A stretch of DNA of 50,012 nucleotides from Raillietiella orientalis (taxonomy: Eukaryota), in assembly GCA_036172245.1 (NCBI GenBank), contig JAYWIR010000116.1, positions 62,001 to 112,012 of the forward strand, given 5' to 3'. Shown piece by piece: positions 11,522 through 22,325 of this stretch (the stretch's first letter is position 1; each line of letters begins with the position of its first letter). The notes beneath the pieces are model-generated. The model was not told the origin of the DNA, did not search any database, and saw only the letters and a list, made by a program, of their open reading frames with translations. The translations under genes and the position numbers were made by a program.

Positions 11522-14500
11522 TAGCCACCCGGGTACGCCCAGGGCGTTTATTAATAAAAAACTCTACAATCGCGGTACCAGGCCCCGCTCACGGCCTTAT
11601 GCACGGGACCTACCGGGACGCCGGGACGCAGCCCGGCCTGGCGCTACCCGGCAGCGAAAGGGGATGAAGAAAACAAAAATAAAAACAAAAACGCAAACAA
11701 ACAAATGAGGTTGGGGGGCAGGGAAGAGATCAGTGATGGCTGAGAGGAGGACCCATCCGTTGAAGGAAGCCCTCGAGGTCCATCCGTATATTTTCCAGTT
11801 GGGGCCATCAAGCAGCTCTCCGCAAGAAGCGTTGGGCATATGGGATGACATCACTCGCGTGTTGACCCACTCCTTCGTTGTTGCTGTCGCTCCATGCCGC
11901 CACGATGCCTCGAACGCAGCACAAGGGTGCAAGGACTGCGGCTGTCTCCAGGGCGTCCTTCACGAAGAGAAGCCGAAGAACGTCTCTAAGGAAACTGCCC
12001 GTAGGGAGACCGAGGATCGTCCCAAACCGTTCCCAAAGGGGATGAAGGGCAGCACAGTCCACAAAAAGGTGGAAGAGCGATTCCCGCTCTCCCCACCTGA
12101 CACACGCAGGATCCACAAATCCTCTTGTCCAGAGAGAGCGGCATGCGTTGCATGGTAAACCCCAATGCAACAACAGCAACCCCGACTCTTTCCACTTAAG
12201 AGGCAGGATCCTGGATTTTTGAAGAAGCAGCGGCCACTTCAGCACATCCATAGGGATGGCCAGCAGCTCGCCCCATCTTCTTAGTCCTCGCGGCTGGACG
12301 TTCGGGGTCGTGGCGTCCGCCAGTTCCCCTGTTGTCCAGCCGCTGATCAACTTCTCGCATCCCTCGATGCAGCAGGAGACTTGCCACCTTGGCGTCCGGC
12401 TGCTGTGAAGTGCCCTACTCAGGAAGGGCAGCGCCGTAGCTAGGCAGGTCGTCTCTGCTTACGTGCATCTTGCTAAACTCTCCAGGAGATTCCGCAGCGT
12501 GCAGCGGGCGTAGAAGCTGCATCAAGACGATTCCACGTTTCCTGGCTCCTGTGGTTAACCGCTGCCCACATTCTAATATTCTCCTCCAGCCAGGCGGAGG
12601 AGTTGGCGGGGCAGCAAACCATCCAGCTGTTCTCCTTGGCCAATGTTGCCATGCGCCCGAGCAGTAGGCCGCATCTTCGCATCTTGCGGCAACGGCTCAG
12701 AAGAAAAGACGCGAGTCCATCGCACCGGGACACACGGCTGGCCAGGAGGCGGGCCGGAGTGCACCAAGCAGTGCTCCACATCTTCGCTGCGATAACGAGG
12801 GTTCGCCACCGCAGCTGCTTCTCCACGCACTCCAGCGTCAGGAGGCCAAGACCGCCGTCCCGACGCGGAGCGTACAAGTCCTTCAGAGAGACTCGGCGCC
12901 TCCCTTTGCCCCAAAGGGCGATACGGAGAAGGTCCTTTGTCCTCTTCTTCGATTCCACGGTGGAGGGGCAAACAAAAAGCAAAAAGCGGAGGATGGGGGC
13001 CGCGAAGGCGTTCCAAACCGCGGCCAGTTCCGGCAAGTGAAACTTGCCTTTCAGGAAAAGCCGATCGCCGTCTCGACTTTTTGGAGGCAACTGGACCACG
13101 CTTCCGCAGGAAAGTAGTCCCCCAACGGCACACCAAGGTACTTGAAGCACCTCGCCATGGGGATCCCCAGACGGACCCAGTCCTGCTGCCCTGCCCACGC
13201 TGCACCTATTGGCACAACCGACGACTTCGCTCTGTTAACCTGCAGTCCGGTCCCAAGGCTGAGCAGATCGAAGAAGACTCCGACTGCCTTTGCCGGGGTG
13301 GACATTGGCAACAAGAGCAGAAGATCGTCGCCGTACGCTGCTACGGCGGGCGTCCCGGGGCACGAGCTCGGCAAGTGGGCCAAAGTCATCCTGTACGCTG
13401 TCAGCTCCAACTCAAAGTAGGTGCTGAAGAGAAGGGGCTGAGGCGATCGCCCTGCCTTATGCCCCGCCGCAGCGGCACGCCACACACCTTCTGTCCACTA
13501 AAAGAGACTGTAATCATCGCATTCCTCCAGCAAGAGCGCAGGTAGGAAATCAGGGAGGGTGGGCAGCCCATGCGACCCAGGACCTCCAAGAGGAATTCCT
13601 AGTCTACACAGTCGAACGCCTTGTGGAGATCGACTGCGAGCGCTAAGGCCCCCTTCCCCGCCCGAGGTTCCCTTCTCAGCCCGGCTGGCGGCCCCAATAT
13701 GGGGTTGCCGACTTTCCTAATCCCTTTCTTTTCTCTTCTCTGCAGGTGCACCCATGTGCTTGCGAAGAAGAGGTTGGCATCCATACTTCGCCCGGGAACA
13801 GCATAACTCAGCTCCCGGATAATAACGGATTCTGCAACCTGCCCCGGAAGCGAAGCCCATAGCGCTGCTATCAAGTTGACGTCCGTATTCACGATCGTGA
13901 TCGGACGCCAGTTCTTTGAAATCCTGAGGTCTCCCCCTTTCGGAAGGAGCCTCACTGTGGCTGACCGAAACGAGGCGGGAACATCGCCTTCGTCTCGGAT
14001 CAGCTTGATCAACTTAAGCAACAGGGGTGCAAGCTCTACCGCGGAGCTCTGAAAGAACTCCGCGGGCAAGCCGTCTTCCCCTGGAGCTTTACGCCTCTTG
14101 AGCCTTTTGATACCAAGGAATTTCGCCCGAGGTAAAAGGCTCGTCGAGGCTTTCCATCTCCTCCTCTTCTATTGCCGGTGCGCCATCCGGAAGCAAGCGC
14201 CGAGAGGCGTTTTGATCCGGGGGCTACCTGTCGTAAAGGGAGGAATGATACCTCCGCACGAGATGCCGTACCGACGCCGGATACGAACACTCCCGGCCCT
14301 GGTCGTCCAGCAAGCTGGCCGACGTGGATTGCCAGGCATGGCGTTCGGCCCCGGCGCGGTACTCGGCCAAGCGACGGAAATTAGGGGTTCTCTCGTAACG
14401 ACGAGCCTGTAAATAGGCCCGATGGTTGCGAGCATCCTCGCCAAATCCGGGGGACAGGCGATTTAGAGGGAACTGCTCACAGAACTCGCGGACCGATTTT

Positions 14501-14535
14501 TTAAAAAAGTCCTAGTCCTGGAGATTCCGGAGCGT
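11522..14535 (-). mobile_element. Element J: 3' ~3 kb of a LINE (ORF2 linker, RT, C-terminus, 3'UTR), interrupted by A/A'; close relative of F
   Basis: Terminus motif at 11522-11552; WRPITIVNTD, DLHKAFD and YGDD in broken frames; strongly similar to 46615-49631. Confidence 0.9.
14519..14535. repeat. 17-bp TSD of element A (TGGAGATTCCGGAGCGT; second copy TGGAGATTCCAAAGCGT at 20070-20086)
   Basis: 15/17 match; the sequence is host J-family ORF2 (compare the uninterrupted site around 49617-49632). Confidence 0.85.
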
Positions 14536-14553
14536 CGAGCGGACGTGTCTTTT
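14536..14553 (+). promoter_or_regulatory. Conserved 5'-terminal motif (GYGGACGTGTTTT-like), probable internal promoter element; present at all seven intact 5' ends
   Basis: Seen at G, A, A', B, C, E and D within ~15 nt of the 5' junction; function inferred. Confidence 0.6.
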
Positions 14554-14617
14554 CGTTGCTCCTGAGTTCCATTTCCGTTGGTGCTTGTGCGTGGTGTGGG
14601 TGGAGGATTAGGCAGAA

Positions 14618-16276
14618 ATGCCTGATACCACTACCGGTGAGGATCCGGGGGCGATGACCTCATTGCCCCCGGAGCAGATGGAGGTGGGGGCTCCCGCATC
14701 AGTGGAGGCTACCGCCAGCACGGATGCGCTCCCGGCCCTACCCAGGGCTTGGAACGCCGTGGCTGCGGCACCTACGCCAGCGGCTATGGCGGAAATGCGC
14801 GCTTACCTGGAGAAGGGGTATAACCCACCCCTTCTATATAAGGTAGGCGGTCTATATTCTTTCAAGAACGCGCGCGCCTTCTCACAGGCGATGCGCGTTC
14901 TCGGCGTACAGAAAGAGGAGCTTCTGGCTATGTCCGTCAGAAGCGGGCGTCAATTTGAGGATGTTATCTGCAAGGAGGCAACTCTTGCGCAGAGACTTCT
15001 GCGAACCCTCGTAATTATGGGCAGCCGGAGGCTTCTCCTAATTACTGAAGACCGGTCGGTGATCATTCACCTGACCGGTATCACGTTCCGGATGACGAAG
15101 GAGGCCGTCCGGAACGAATTGCAAAAATTCGCAACTGTCCACGCGCTGTGGGGAAAGCCTACCCCTATTGTCGATTACGACGGGTTGCTTGGCGGCCTGG
15201 GAGCATTGCGATTGACGGTTCTCGAGGGATGTGAGATTCCTCTCAAACTCACCGTCAACGGTGAATCCGTTGACGTGTGGTACGTGGGGGAACCCAAGTT
15301 TTGCGGCTGCTGCAGCAGCTTTGGTCACCTTAAAATGAGGTGTCCGAGCGTGCAGTGCCAGCAATGCAAACAAGCGGAGCACACCCGTCTGGTGTGCCCC
15401 CAGAACACAGTCCGCGTCGTGTCCGCGAAAAACGCGAGAAAGCGCGCGGCAAAAAAGAGAAAGAAGCTGGCAGCTCGTGCTGCTGCTAAGGAGGTCACCT
15501 CCGCCACCAAGGCGAAGGCCAGCCCCGAGACTTCGGCGAAAAACGCCGAAAAGGTCAAGGGCGAGGGTCAAGAGTCAGGGTGGCAGAAGGTCGACCCCAA
15601 GAAAAACTCTTATAAGAAGGGAAAGAACGTGGCGGAACGGAGCGAAACCGCTCTGCGCCGCGATAAAATTCAAAGCTGCTGCGTCGTCGTAGAGCGGATT
15701 CCCGCCATCGACGAATGCGGCGCTAAAGAACTCGCTGCTGCCCCTGCTCAACCCTACGTTGACAAAGTCAACAAGGAGGGGAGCGAGGCGGCGGCGTCCG
15801 TCATCGAGCCCACGCTCGATGACGTCGCCTTCGAGCGCGCCGCGGAGGAGCTGGCTGCCTCGCTGCAGCCGGTTGCCCCCAAGGCTGGCAAGAAGGCCGA
15901 CAGGCGTCCGGCTTCCCCTCAGGCGTCGGCCACTTCCGACCCCGAGGTGAATGCCGGAAACACAGCATCCATCTCCGCGGCACCCTGCAAAAAGGCAGGA
16001 CGAGAGTCCACAATGCCCCGGAAGATCGTCTCCCACTACGAAGGGGAAGAGATGGCTTCCGGTAGCGAGGGTGTCATGAGCGTGGGAAACTCCCGGGACC
16101 CGTCGCCCGAGAGAATTCCACGCTCGGACACGGAGGGGATGGTGAGGATGGAGGCCGAACAGGTACCCGAGGCGCCTGAAGAGGCCTCCGTCCTCGTTCC
16201 GATGGTCCTCGTACCGATGGACCTTTCCTACACTTGCCCCGCGGCAGGTGCTGCGACGTCACTTTCCCAGCCATAA
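14618..16276 (+). CDS. Element A ORF1, 552 aa, gag-like nucleic-acid-binding protein with two CCHC zinc knuckles
   Basis: Open ATG-to-TAA frame; CGCCSSFGHLKMRC and CQQCKQAEHTRLVC; the preceding region is probably RRM-like (inference). Confidence 0.88.
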   Translation: MPDTTTGEDPGAMTSLPPEQMEVGAPASVEATASTDALPALPRAWNAVAAAPTPAAMAEMRAYLEKGYNPPLLYKVGGLYSFKNARAFSQAMRVLGVQKEELLAMSVRSGRQFEDVICKEATLAQRLLRTLVIMGSRRLLLITEDRSVIIHLTGITFRMTKEAVRNELQKFATVHALWGKPTPIVDYDGLLGGLGALRLTVLEGCEIPLKLTVNGESVDVWYVGEPKFCGCCSSFGHLKMRCPSVQCQQCKQAEHTRLVCPQNTVRVVSAKNARKRAAKKRKKLAARAAAKEVTSATKAKASPETSAKNAEKVKGEGQESGWQKVDPKKNSYKKGKNVAERSETALRRDKIQSCCVVVERIPAIDECGAKELAAAPAQPYVDKVNKEGSEAAASVIEPTLDDVAFERAAEELAASLQPVAPKAGKKADRRPASPQASATSDPEVNAGNTASISAAPCKKAGRESTMPRKIVSHYEGEEMASGSEGVMSVGNSRDPSPERIPRSDTEGMVRMEAEQVPEAPEEASVLVPMVLVPMDLSYTCPAAGAATSLSQP

Positions 16277-19200
16277 TGCCGGGAATCGCCTCTCGCCGTC
16301 GTCTTCTGATCGCCTGTTGGAACGTGAGCGGGCTAAGCGACGACGGCAAGAGGCGTGACGTGGCCGCCACCCTGGCATTCTTCGACCTGGTGCTGCTGCA
16401 GGAGATCCACGTGATCTCCGCAGATCAAGCCCGGGAGATCGAACGGATCACGGGTGGGCGGCTGTTGTGGCGTTGCGGCACCGCGAAATCAAGCGGTGTC
16501 GCCTTCCTGCTTCGGCCAGCCATCGAGGCCGCAATAAAGGACGTTCGGTTCGATGATGCAGGTCGCGTCGGTCAGCTGACTCTCAGCTGGTCCGACTCTA
16601 TCGACCTGGTCGTCACCAACCTATACGCTCCTAGCGGAAATAACGCGTTGAGGGCGAAGGCAGGAAGGGAATTCTACCTTGCCCTGAGACGCGATTGGCT
16701 GACCGATGCAGGAGTACGCAAAGCGCACCTGATGGCTGGTGATTTCAACCTGCGCCTGCTTTCAGGTGCGCCGGATACACTGAACGACCACGTCAACGAG
16801 TTGTGCGCAGAAATGAACACGCGCAACTTGTTGGCCGAGGACACGGCCATGGAAAGGAGCATCGATCACGTGTACCTTGATCAGCACCTATACTCTCGGT
16901 TGAGCAGGCGCGGCAAGGTACCATGCGAGCTGTCGGACCATGGTCGGATCATGTTCGAAGTGCGTCCGCGCGACAAGGGCCCCCCCTCGTCAGCGTGGCG
17001 TCTGCCAGGGGACTGCCTGAAGTTTTCCGACGCGGCGGAGCACCTCCGCGCGTTTATTCGGAGCTTTAAAATGCAGACACTTCATGACTGGGACCGCTTC
17101 AAGCGGTCGGCCCAGGAGTTCTGCGATCAGTTCCCTCTGCATCGCCTACCTGCGGGTTTTGGGGAGGGGCCGCATAACCAATGGTGCTATCTTCAGGCCC
17201 GACGTTACGCGAGAATTCCCGACATGCGCAGGTTAGCAGAGTATCGAGCGGGAGCCGAGAGGCAAGCCTGGCAATCCGGATCGGCCAGCTTGCTGGACGA
17301 CCAGGGCCGGGAGCACTCGGTTCCCGCTCAGAAACGCGGGATAGTGAGAAAATTTTACTCCTCCCTGTACGCCTGGGCGCCTCCAGAGCGAGACGTCTCA
17401 CGACTTCTGCTTCCGGAAGGTGCTCCAGCGATCGGGGAGGAGGATAAAAGAAGCCTCTACGAGCCTTTCAGGATGGACGAGATCCTCTCGGCCATCGGAA
17501 AGCTCAAGAGGCGGAAGGCTCCAGGGGAGGACGGCCTGCCCGCAGAGTTTTACCAAACTTTCGCGGCTGAGCTTACTTCCCTGGTACATCAGCTCACCTT
17601 GCTGATCCGTGAAACAGGTGACGTTCCCACCTCGTTTCGTTCAGTAAAGGTGCGGCTCCTCCCGAAGGGAGGAGACCTAAGGAGCATGAACAATTTGCGT
17701 GCCATCACAATAGTGAATGCGGACGCCAAGTTGATCGCCAAGATGTGGGCAGAGCGTCTGAGACGGGTTGCCAACATCTTCATCAGCCCGGAACAGACTT
17801 ATGCTGTTCCCGGGCGGAGTATGGAGGCGAACCTGTTCCACGCTTGCATATGGTTAGAGCTACAACAAGGAAGGGGCTTATTGAGCAGCCGGAATTCCGG
17901 TGCGTTTGCTGGCGGGAGACAGAACGGTCGGGTGGGGAAGGGAGCCCTTGCGGTCGCTGTCGACTTGCGTAAAGCATTCGACAGCGTCGACCAGAATCTC
18001 CTGCTGAAGCTCCTGGAACGCTTGGGCTTCCCGGATTCTTTGTTGGCCTACCTGCGCTGCAGGTGGCGCGACGCGCTCATTAATGTTCTTTTCAGCGGGC
18101 AAACCGTGCACGGTGTACCGGTGCGACGCAGCATACGGCAGGGAGACAGCCTGAGCCCCCTGCTCTTTAGCGCCTTTTTCGAATTGGTGCTGAGAGCGTA
18201 CAGGGAGACTCTGGCGCACCTGCCGTGCGATTCCCAAGAGACGCCTGCGGTTTCGACGTACGCGGACGATCTTCTGCTGCTGCTGCCTATGTCCAACCCG
18301 GCCTCGGCGGTCGAGGACTTCTTAGACCTGCTGAGTCGTGGAGCAGGACTGACGGTGAACAGGGCGAAGTCGTCCGTAATGCCAGTCGGAGCGGCGTGGG
18401 CAGGGCAGCAGGACTGGGTCCGTTTGGGGATCCCCTTGGTGAGGTACTTCAAGTACCTTGGTGTGCCGTTGGGGGATTACTCCCCTGCGGAAGCGTGGTC
18501 CGGCTGCCTTCAGAAGGCTCAGGCGGCGATCGGCCCGTTCCAGGACGGCAGGTTCTACCTGCAGGAACGGGCCGCGGCGTGGAACGCGTTTGCGGCCCCC
18601 CTCCTTCGCCCCTTGCTTTTTGTTTGCCCCCCTCAGCGGAGTCAAAGAAGAGGACGAAGGACCTCCTGAGGATCGCCCTTCGGGGCAGAGGGAGGCCCCG
18701 AGTCCGTCTTTCGGACTTGTGCGCTCCTCGTCGGGATGGTGGTCTGGGCCTCCAGACGTTGGAGCGGCTGGAGCTACAGCTCCAGTTCCGAGTTGTTGCC
18801 TTTATGGCAGGAAATTGGTGCACTCGTTGGTGCCTCCCTGCACGTCTCCTCGTCGAGCGGGCCACCGGCAATGCGGGACTCTCGTCCTACATTGCACTCC
18901 GAAGCCCCATCTGCCACTGCGGAGTTCAACTTCGGAGGGCGGCCAAGCTCGTGAAGAACAACCCGGCGCGGATTCTCGTACGCCCCGCGAACCGTCCTGC
19001 CTGGTTGCAGGAAACCGTCCGCACGTGGGCGATGATTCAGGAGCAGAGCCTGCAACACGAGCGAATAGCTCTGTTCGGGCCGCATGCCCGCCGGACACTC
19101 CGAGAAATCATCGAGAATCCCCGAAGGAGATCGTGGGCACAAAGAACCTTCCTTGCTGCGGTACTGCCTACCCTACGGGAACATCTGGGCAGCGACTTAG

Positions 19201-19856
19201 CGGCACAATGGGAGGTAACTGTGAAGATCGCCAGCAGGGCAAAGAGGATCGGGAATTAGAGAACGGGTCAGCTCACCAACGCTGCGACCCCGAGGACCAC
19301 CCCAAATGGACTGTTGCGCTGAAGAGAGCTACTGGATGTTCCAGATGAACATCTCGAGTGGCCTCCGGTGCTCATGGACTCGCGCACCCTCCCCATGAAG
19401 TGGCAACAGTCGGCACTGATGGTGTTGCATTGGGGGCTTCCTTACAACGCTCGCCGACATTACTGGACGCGGGGTGGTGTCAACCCTAATTGTGTCAGGT
19501 GCGGGGAGAGGGAATACCTCCCCCACCTGTTAGTGGATTGTGTTGCCTGCCGTTCCTTGTGGGAACGCTTTGCAGCAGCCCTGGGGATCCCCGGAGGCAA
19601 CCCCAGAGACGCTTTGCGCCCCTTCTTCGTCCGTGACGCCCTGCCTCCAGCGGCCTTGCTTGCAGCCCTGTGCTGCCTACGCGGGATCGTCGTGGCATGG
19701 AGCAAAGCGACGAAAGGATCCAGCGACAGGGATGCCAACGTTTAAGCCGCCCGTTTCCTCAGGATGGCGACGCGATGGCCCCATCTGGAACCACACAAGC
19801 AGAAGCAGCTTGCCGGCATCCTCCAGAGGATGACGGACCCTCCCAGAATACTGTGA
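16276..19856 (+). pseudogene. Element A ORF2 (APE-RT-Cys/His, ~1190 codons), frameshift near 18630 and later stops
   Basis: Open from the TAATG overlap through WNVSGL, QE, GDFN, IDH, SDH, KAPGEDG, DLRKAFD, RQGDSLSP, YADD, KYLG; CVRCGEREYLPHLLVDC in 19368..19745. Confidence 0.93.
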
Positions 19857-19944
19857 TCCCTTCCCCCTGCCTCCCTGATTTTTGTTTATTTTTTGTTTTC
19901 TTTTTGTTTCGTTCCCCCTTCCCTCTGCTGCCGAGGTCGACCGT

Positions 19945-19962
19945 GCCGGTCTGCGCACCGGT
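19945..19962 (+). other. Conserved 3'UTR stem-loop with CTGCGY hexaloop
   Basis: Equivalent hairpins at 11620-11637, 22117-22132, 28787-28804, 35033-35050, 38368-38390, 46713-46730; variant loop CTATGC at 926-943 and 1274-1291. Confidence 0.72.
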
Positions 19963-20039
19963 AGCCCGGCAGGCTATATCTTTCCAGGGCGTGGCTGGAC
20001 TACTGGTCCAGTCACAGATTGTATAACTTTATTCGTGAG

Positions 20040-20069
20040 AATAAACGTCCCGGCGCCCCCGGGTTTCAA
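20040..20069 (+). terminator. Conserved 3'-terminal module AATAAA + CCCGG-loop-CCGGG hairpin + 6 nt; present at all ten 3' ends
   Basis: 803-832, 1151-1180, 10147-10176, 11522-11552, 20040-20069, 21990-22019, 28688-28718, 34938-34967, 38274-38303, 46615-46645. Confidence 0.8.
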
Positions 20070-20086
20070 TGGAGATTCCAAAGCGT

Positions 20087-21989
20087 CGAGCGGACGTGTC
20101 TTTTCGTTGCTCCTGAGTTCCATTTCCGTTGATGCTTGTGCGTGGTGTGGGTGGATGATTAGGCAGAAATGCCTGATACCACCACCGGTGAGGATCCAAG
20201 GGCGATGACTTCATTGCCCCCGGAGCAGATAAAGGTGGAGGCTACCGCATCAGTGGAGGCTCCTGCCAGCACGGATGCGTCCCCGGCCCTACCCAGGGCT
20301 TGGAACGCCGTGGCTGCGGCACCTACGCCAGAGGCTATGGCGGTAATGCGCGCTTACCTGGAGGAGGGGTATAACCCACCCCTTCTATATGAGGTAGGCG
20401 GTCTATATGCTCCCGAGAACGCGCGCGCCTTCTCACTGCGATGCGCGTTCTCGGCGTACAGACAGAGGAGCTTCTGGCTATGTCCGTCAGAAGCGGGGGT
20501 CAATTTGTGGAAGTTATCTGCAAGGAGGCAACTCTTGCGCAGAGACTTCTGCGAACCCCCGTAATTATGGGCAGCCGGAGGCTTCTCCCAATTACTGAAG
20601 ACCGGTCGGTGATCATTCACCTGACCGGTATCACGTTCCGGATGACGAAGGTGGCCGTCCGGAACGAATTGGAAAAATTCGCAACTGTCCACGCGCTGTG
20701 GGGAAAGCCTACTCCTTTTGTCGATTACGACGGGGTGCTTGGAAGCCTGGGTGCAGCGCGAGTGACGGTTCGCGAGGGATGTGAGGTTCCCCACATACTC
20801 ACCGTCAACGGTGAATCCGTTGACGTGTGGTACTTGAGGAAACCCTAGTTTTGCGGCTGCTGCAGCAGCTTTGGTCACCTTAAAATGAGGTGTCCGAGCG
20901 TGCAGTGCCAGCAATGCAAACAAGCGGGGCACACCCGTCTGGTGTGCCCCCAAAACACAGTCCGCGTCGTGTCCGCGAAAAACGCAACAAAGCGCGCAAC
21001 AAAAAAGAGAAAGAAGCTGGCAGCTCGTGCTGCTGCTAAGGAGGTCACCTCCGCCACCAAGGCAAAGGCCAGCCCCGAGACCTCGGCGAAAAACGCCGAA
21101 AACGTCGAGGGCGAGGGTCAAAAGCCACGGGGGCAAAAGGTCGACCCCAAGAAAAACTCCCATAAAAAGGGAAAGAACGTGGCGAAACGGAGCGAAACCG
21201 CTCTGCGCCGCGATAAAATTAAAAGTTGCTGCGTCGTTGTAGAGCGGATTCCCGCCATCGACTAATGCGGCGCTGAAGAACTCGCTGCTGCCCCTGCTCA
21301 ACCCTCCGTTGACAAAGTCAACAAGGAGGGGAGCGAGTTGGCGGCGTCCGTGATCGAGCCCACGCTCGATGACGCCGCCTTCGAGCGCGCCGCGGAGGAG
21401 CTGGCTGCCTCGTTGCAGCCGGTTGCCCCCAAGGCTGGCAAAAAGGCCGTCAGGCGTCCGGCTTCCCCTCAGGAGTCGGCCACTTCCGACCCCGAGGCGA
21501 AGGCCGGAAACACAGCATCCATCTCCGCGGCACCCCGCAAAAAGGCAGGACGAAAGTCCACAACGCCCCGGAAGATCGTCTCCCCCGACGAAGGGGAAGA
21601 GATGGCTTCCGGTAGCCAGGGTGCCATGAGCGTGGAAAACTCCCGGGACCCGTCGCCCGAGAGAATTGCACGCTCGGACACGGAGGGGATGGTGAGGATG
21701 GAGGCCGAACAGGTACCCGAGGCGCCTGAAGAGGCCTCCGTCCTCGTTCCGATGGTCCTCGTACCGATGGACCTTTCCTACACGTGCCCCGCGGCAGGTG
21801 CCTCGACACCACTTTCCCAGCCATAATGCCGGGAATCGCCTCTCGCCGTTGTCTTCTGATCGCCTGTTGGAACGTGAACGGGCTAAGCGACGACGGCAAG
21901 AGGCGTGACGTTGCCGCCACCCTGGCATCCTTCGACCTGGTGCTGCTGCAGGAGATCCACGTGATCTCCGCAGATCAAGCACGGGAGAT
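20087..21989 (+). mobile_element. Element A' part 1 (5'UTR, disrupted ORF1, start of ORF2); tandem sister copy of A
   Basis: Highly similar to 14536-16439; ORF1 broken by a frameshift and stops; interrupted by B. Confidence 0.93.
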
Positions 21990-22325
21990 TTCTCACCCGG
22001 TCACGCCGGGGCGTTTATTCCATATAACATAACCAAAAAAAAAGCAATTATACAAAATAAACCAGTTGGGAACCAAACTCCCAACCGACGACTGAACAAG
22101 AATGAAGAGAATATTGCTGGCACGCAGGCCAGAGTAACAGTTTTGTGAACGGTGTGGGGGGGCGGGACACACAAAGAAACCAAAATAAAATAAAAACAAT
22201 GAATAAGGAGGACGGGATAAGGGTCTTTGGGATCGCTCTGGAAGACACGGGGATAAAAGCATGGGCACCGGAAAATTTACCGAGCGAACGGGGACGGGGT
22301 ATGGGTGGGCGAGAGGTCGCAGGGG

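Larger units (their letters stand above)
14536..20069 (+). mobile_element. Element A: full-length LINE (~5.5 kb)
   Basis: 5' motif at 14536-14553, ORF1, ORF2, 3'UTR, terminus motif at 20040-20069, and TSDs on both sides. Confidence 0.95.

Noticed and set aside
14536..14617. 5' HDV-like self-cleaving ribozyme
   Set aside because: I could not fold the short 5'UTRs into the nested double pseudoknot by eye; a descriptor search would be needed to exclude it firmly.
16276..18669. RT as a bacterial retron, group II intron, DGR or defence RT
   Set aside because: It is fused to an N-terminal APE endonuclease, preceded by a CCHC ORF1, and flanked by TSDs and AATAAA, which is eukaryotic LINE architecture.
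20040..20069. Helitron 3' terminus
   Set aside because: The subterminal hairpin is similar, but there is no CTRR end or Rep/helicase, and TSDs are present.
20354..21982. Long antisense ORFs (542 aa here; also 28821..30593 and 42259..43350) as genes
   Set aside because: They are shadow frames of GC-rich LINE coding sequence, with no recognisable motifs and no consistent conservation between sister copies.
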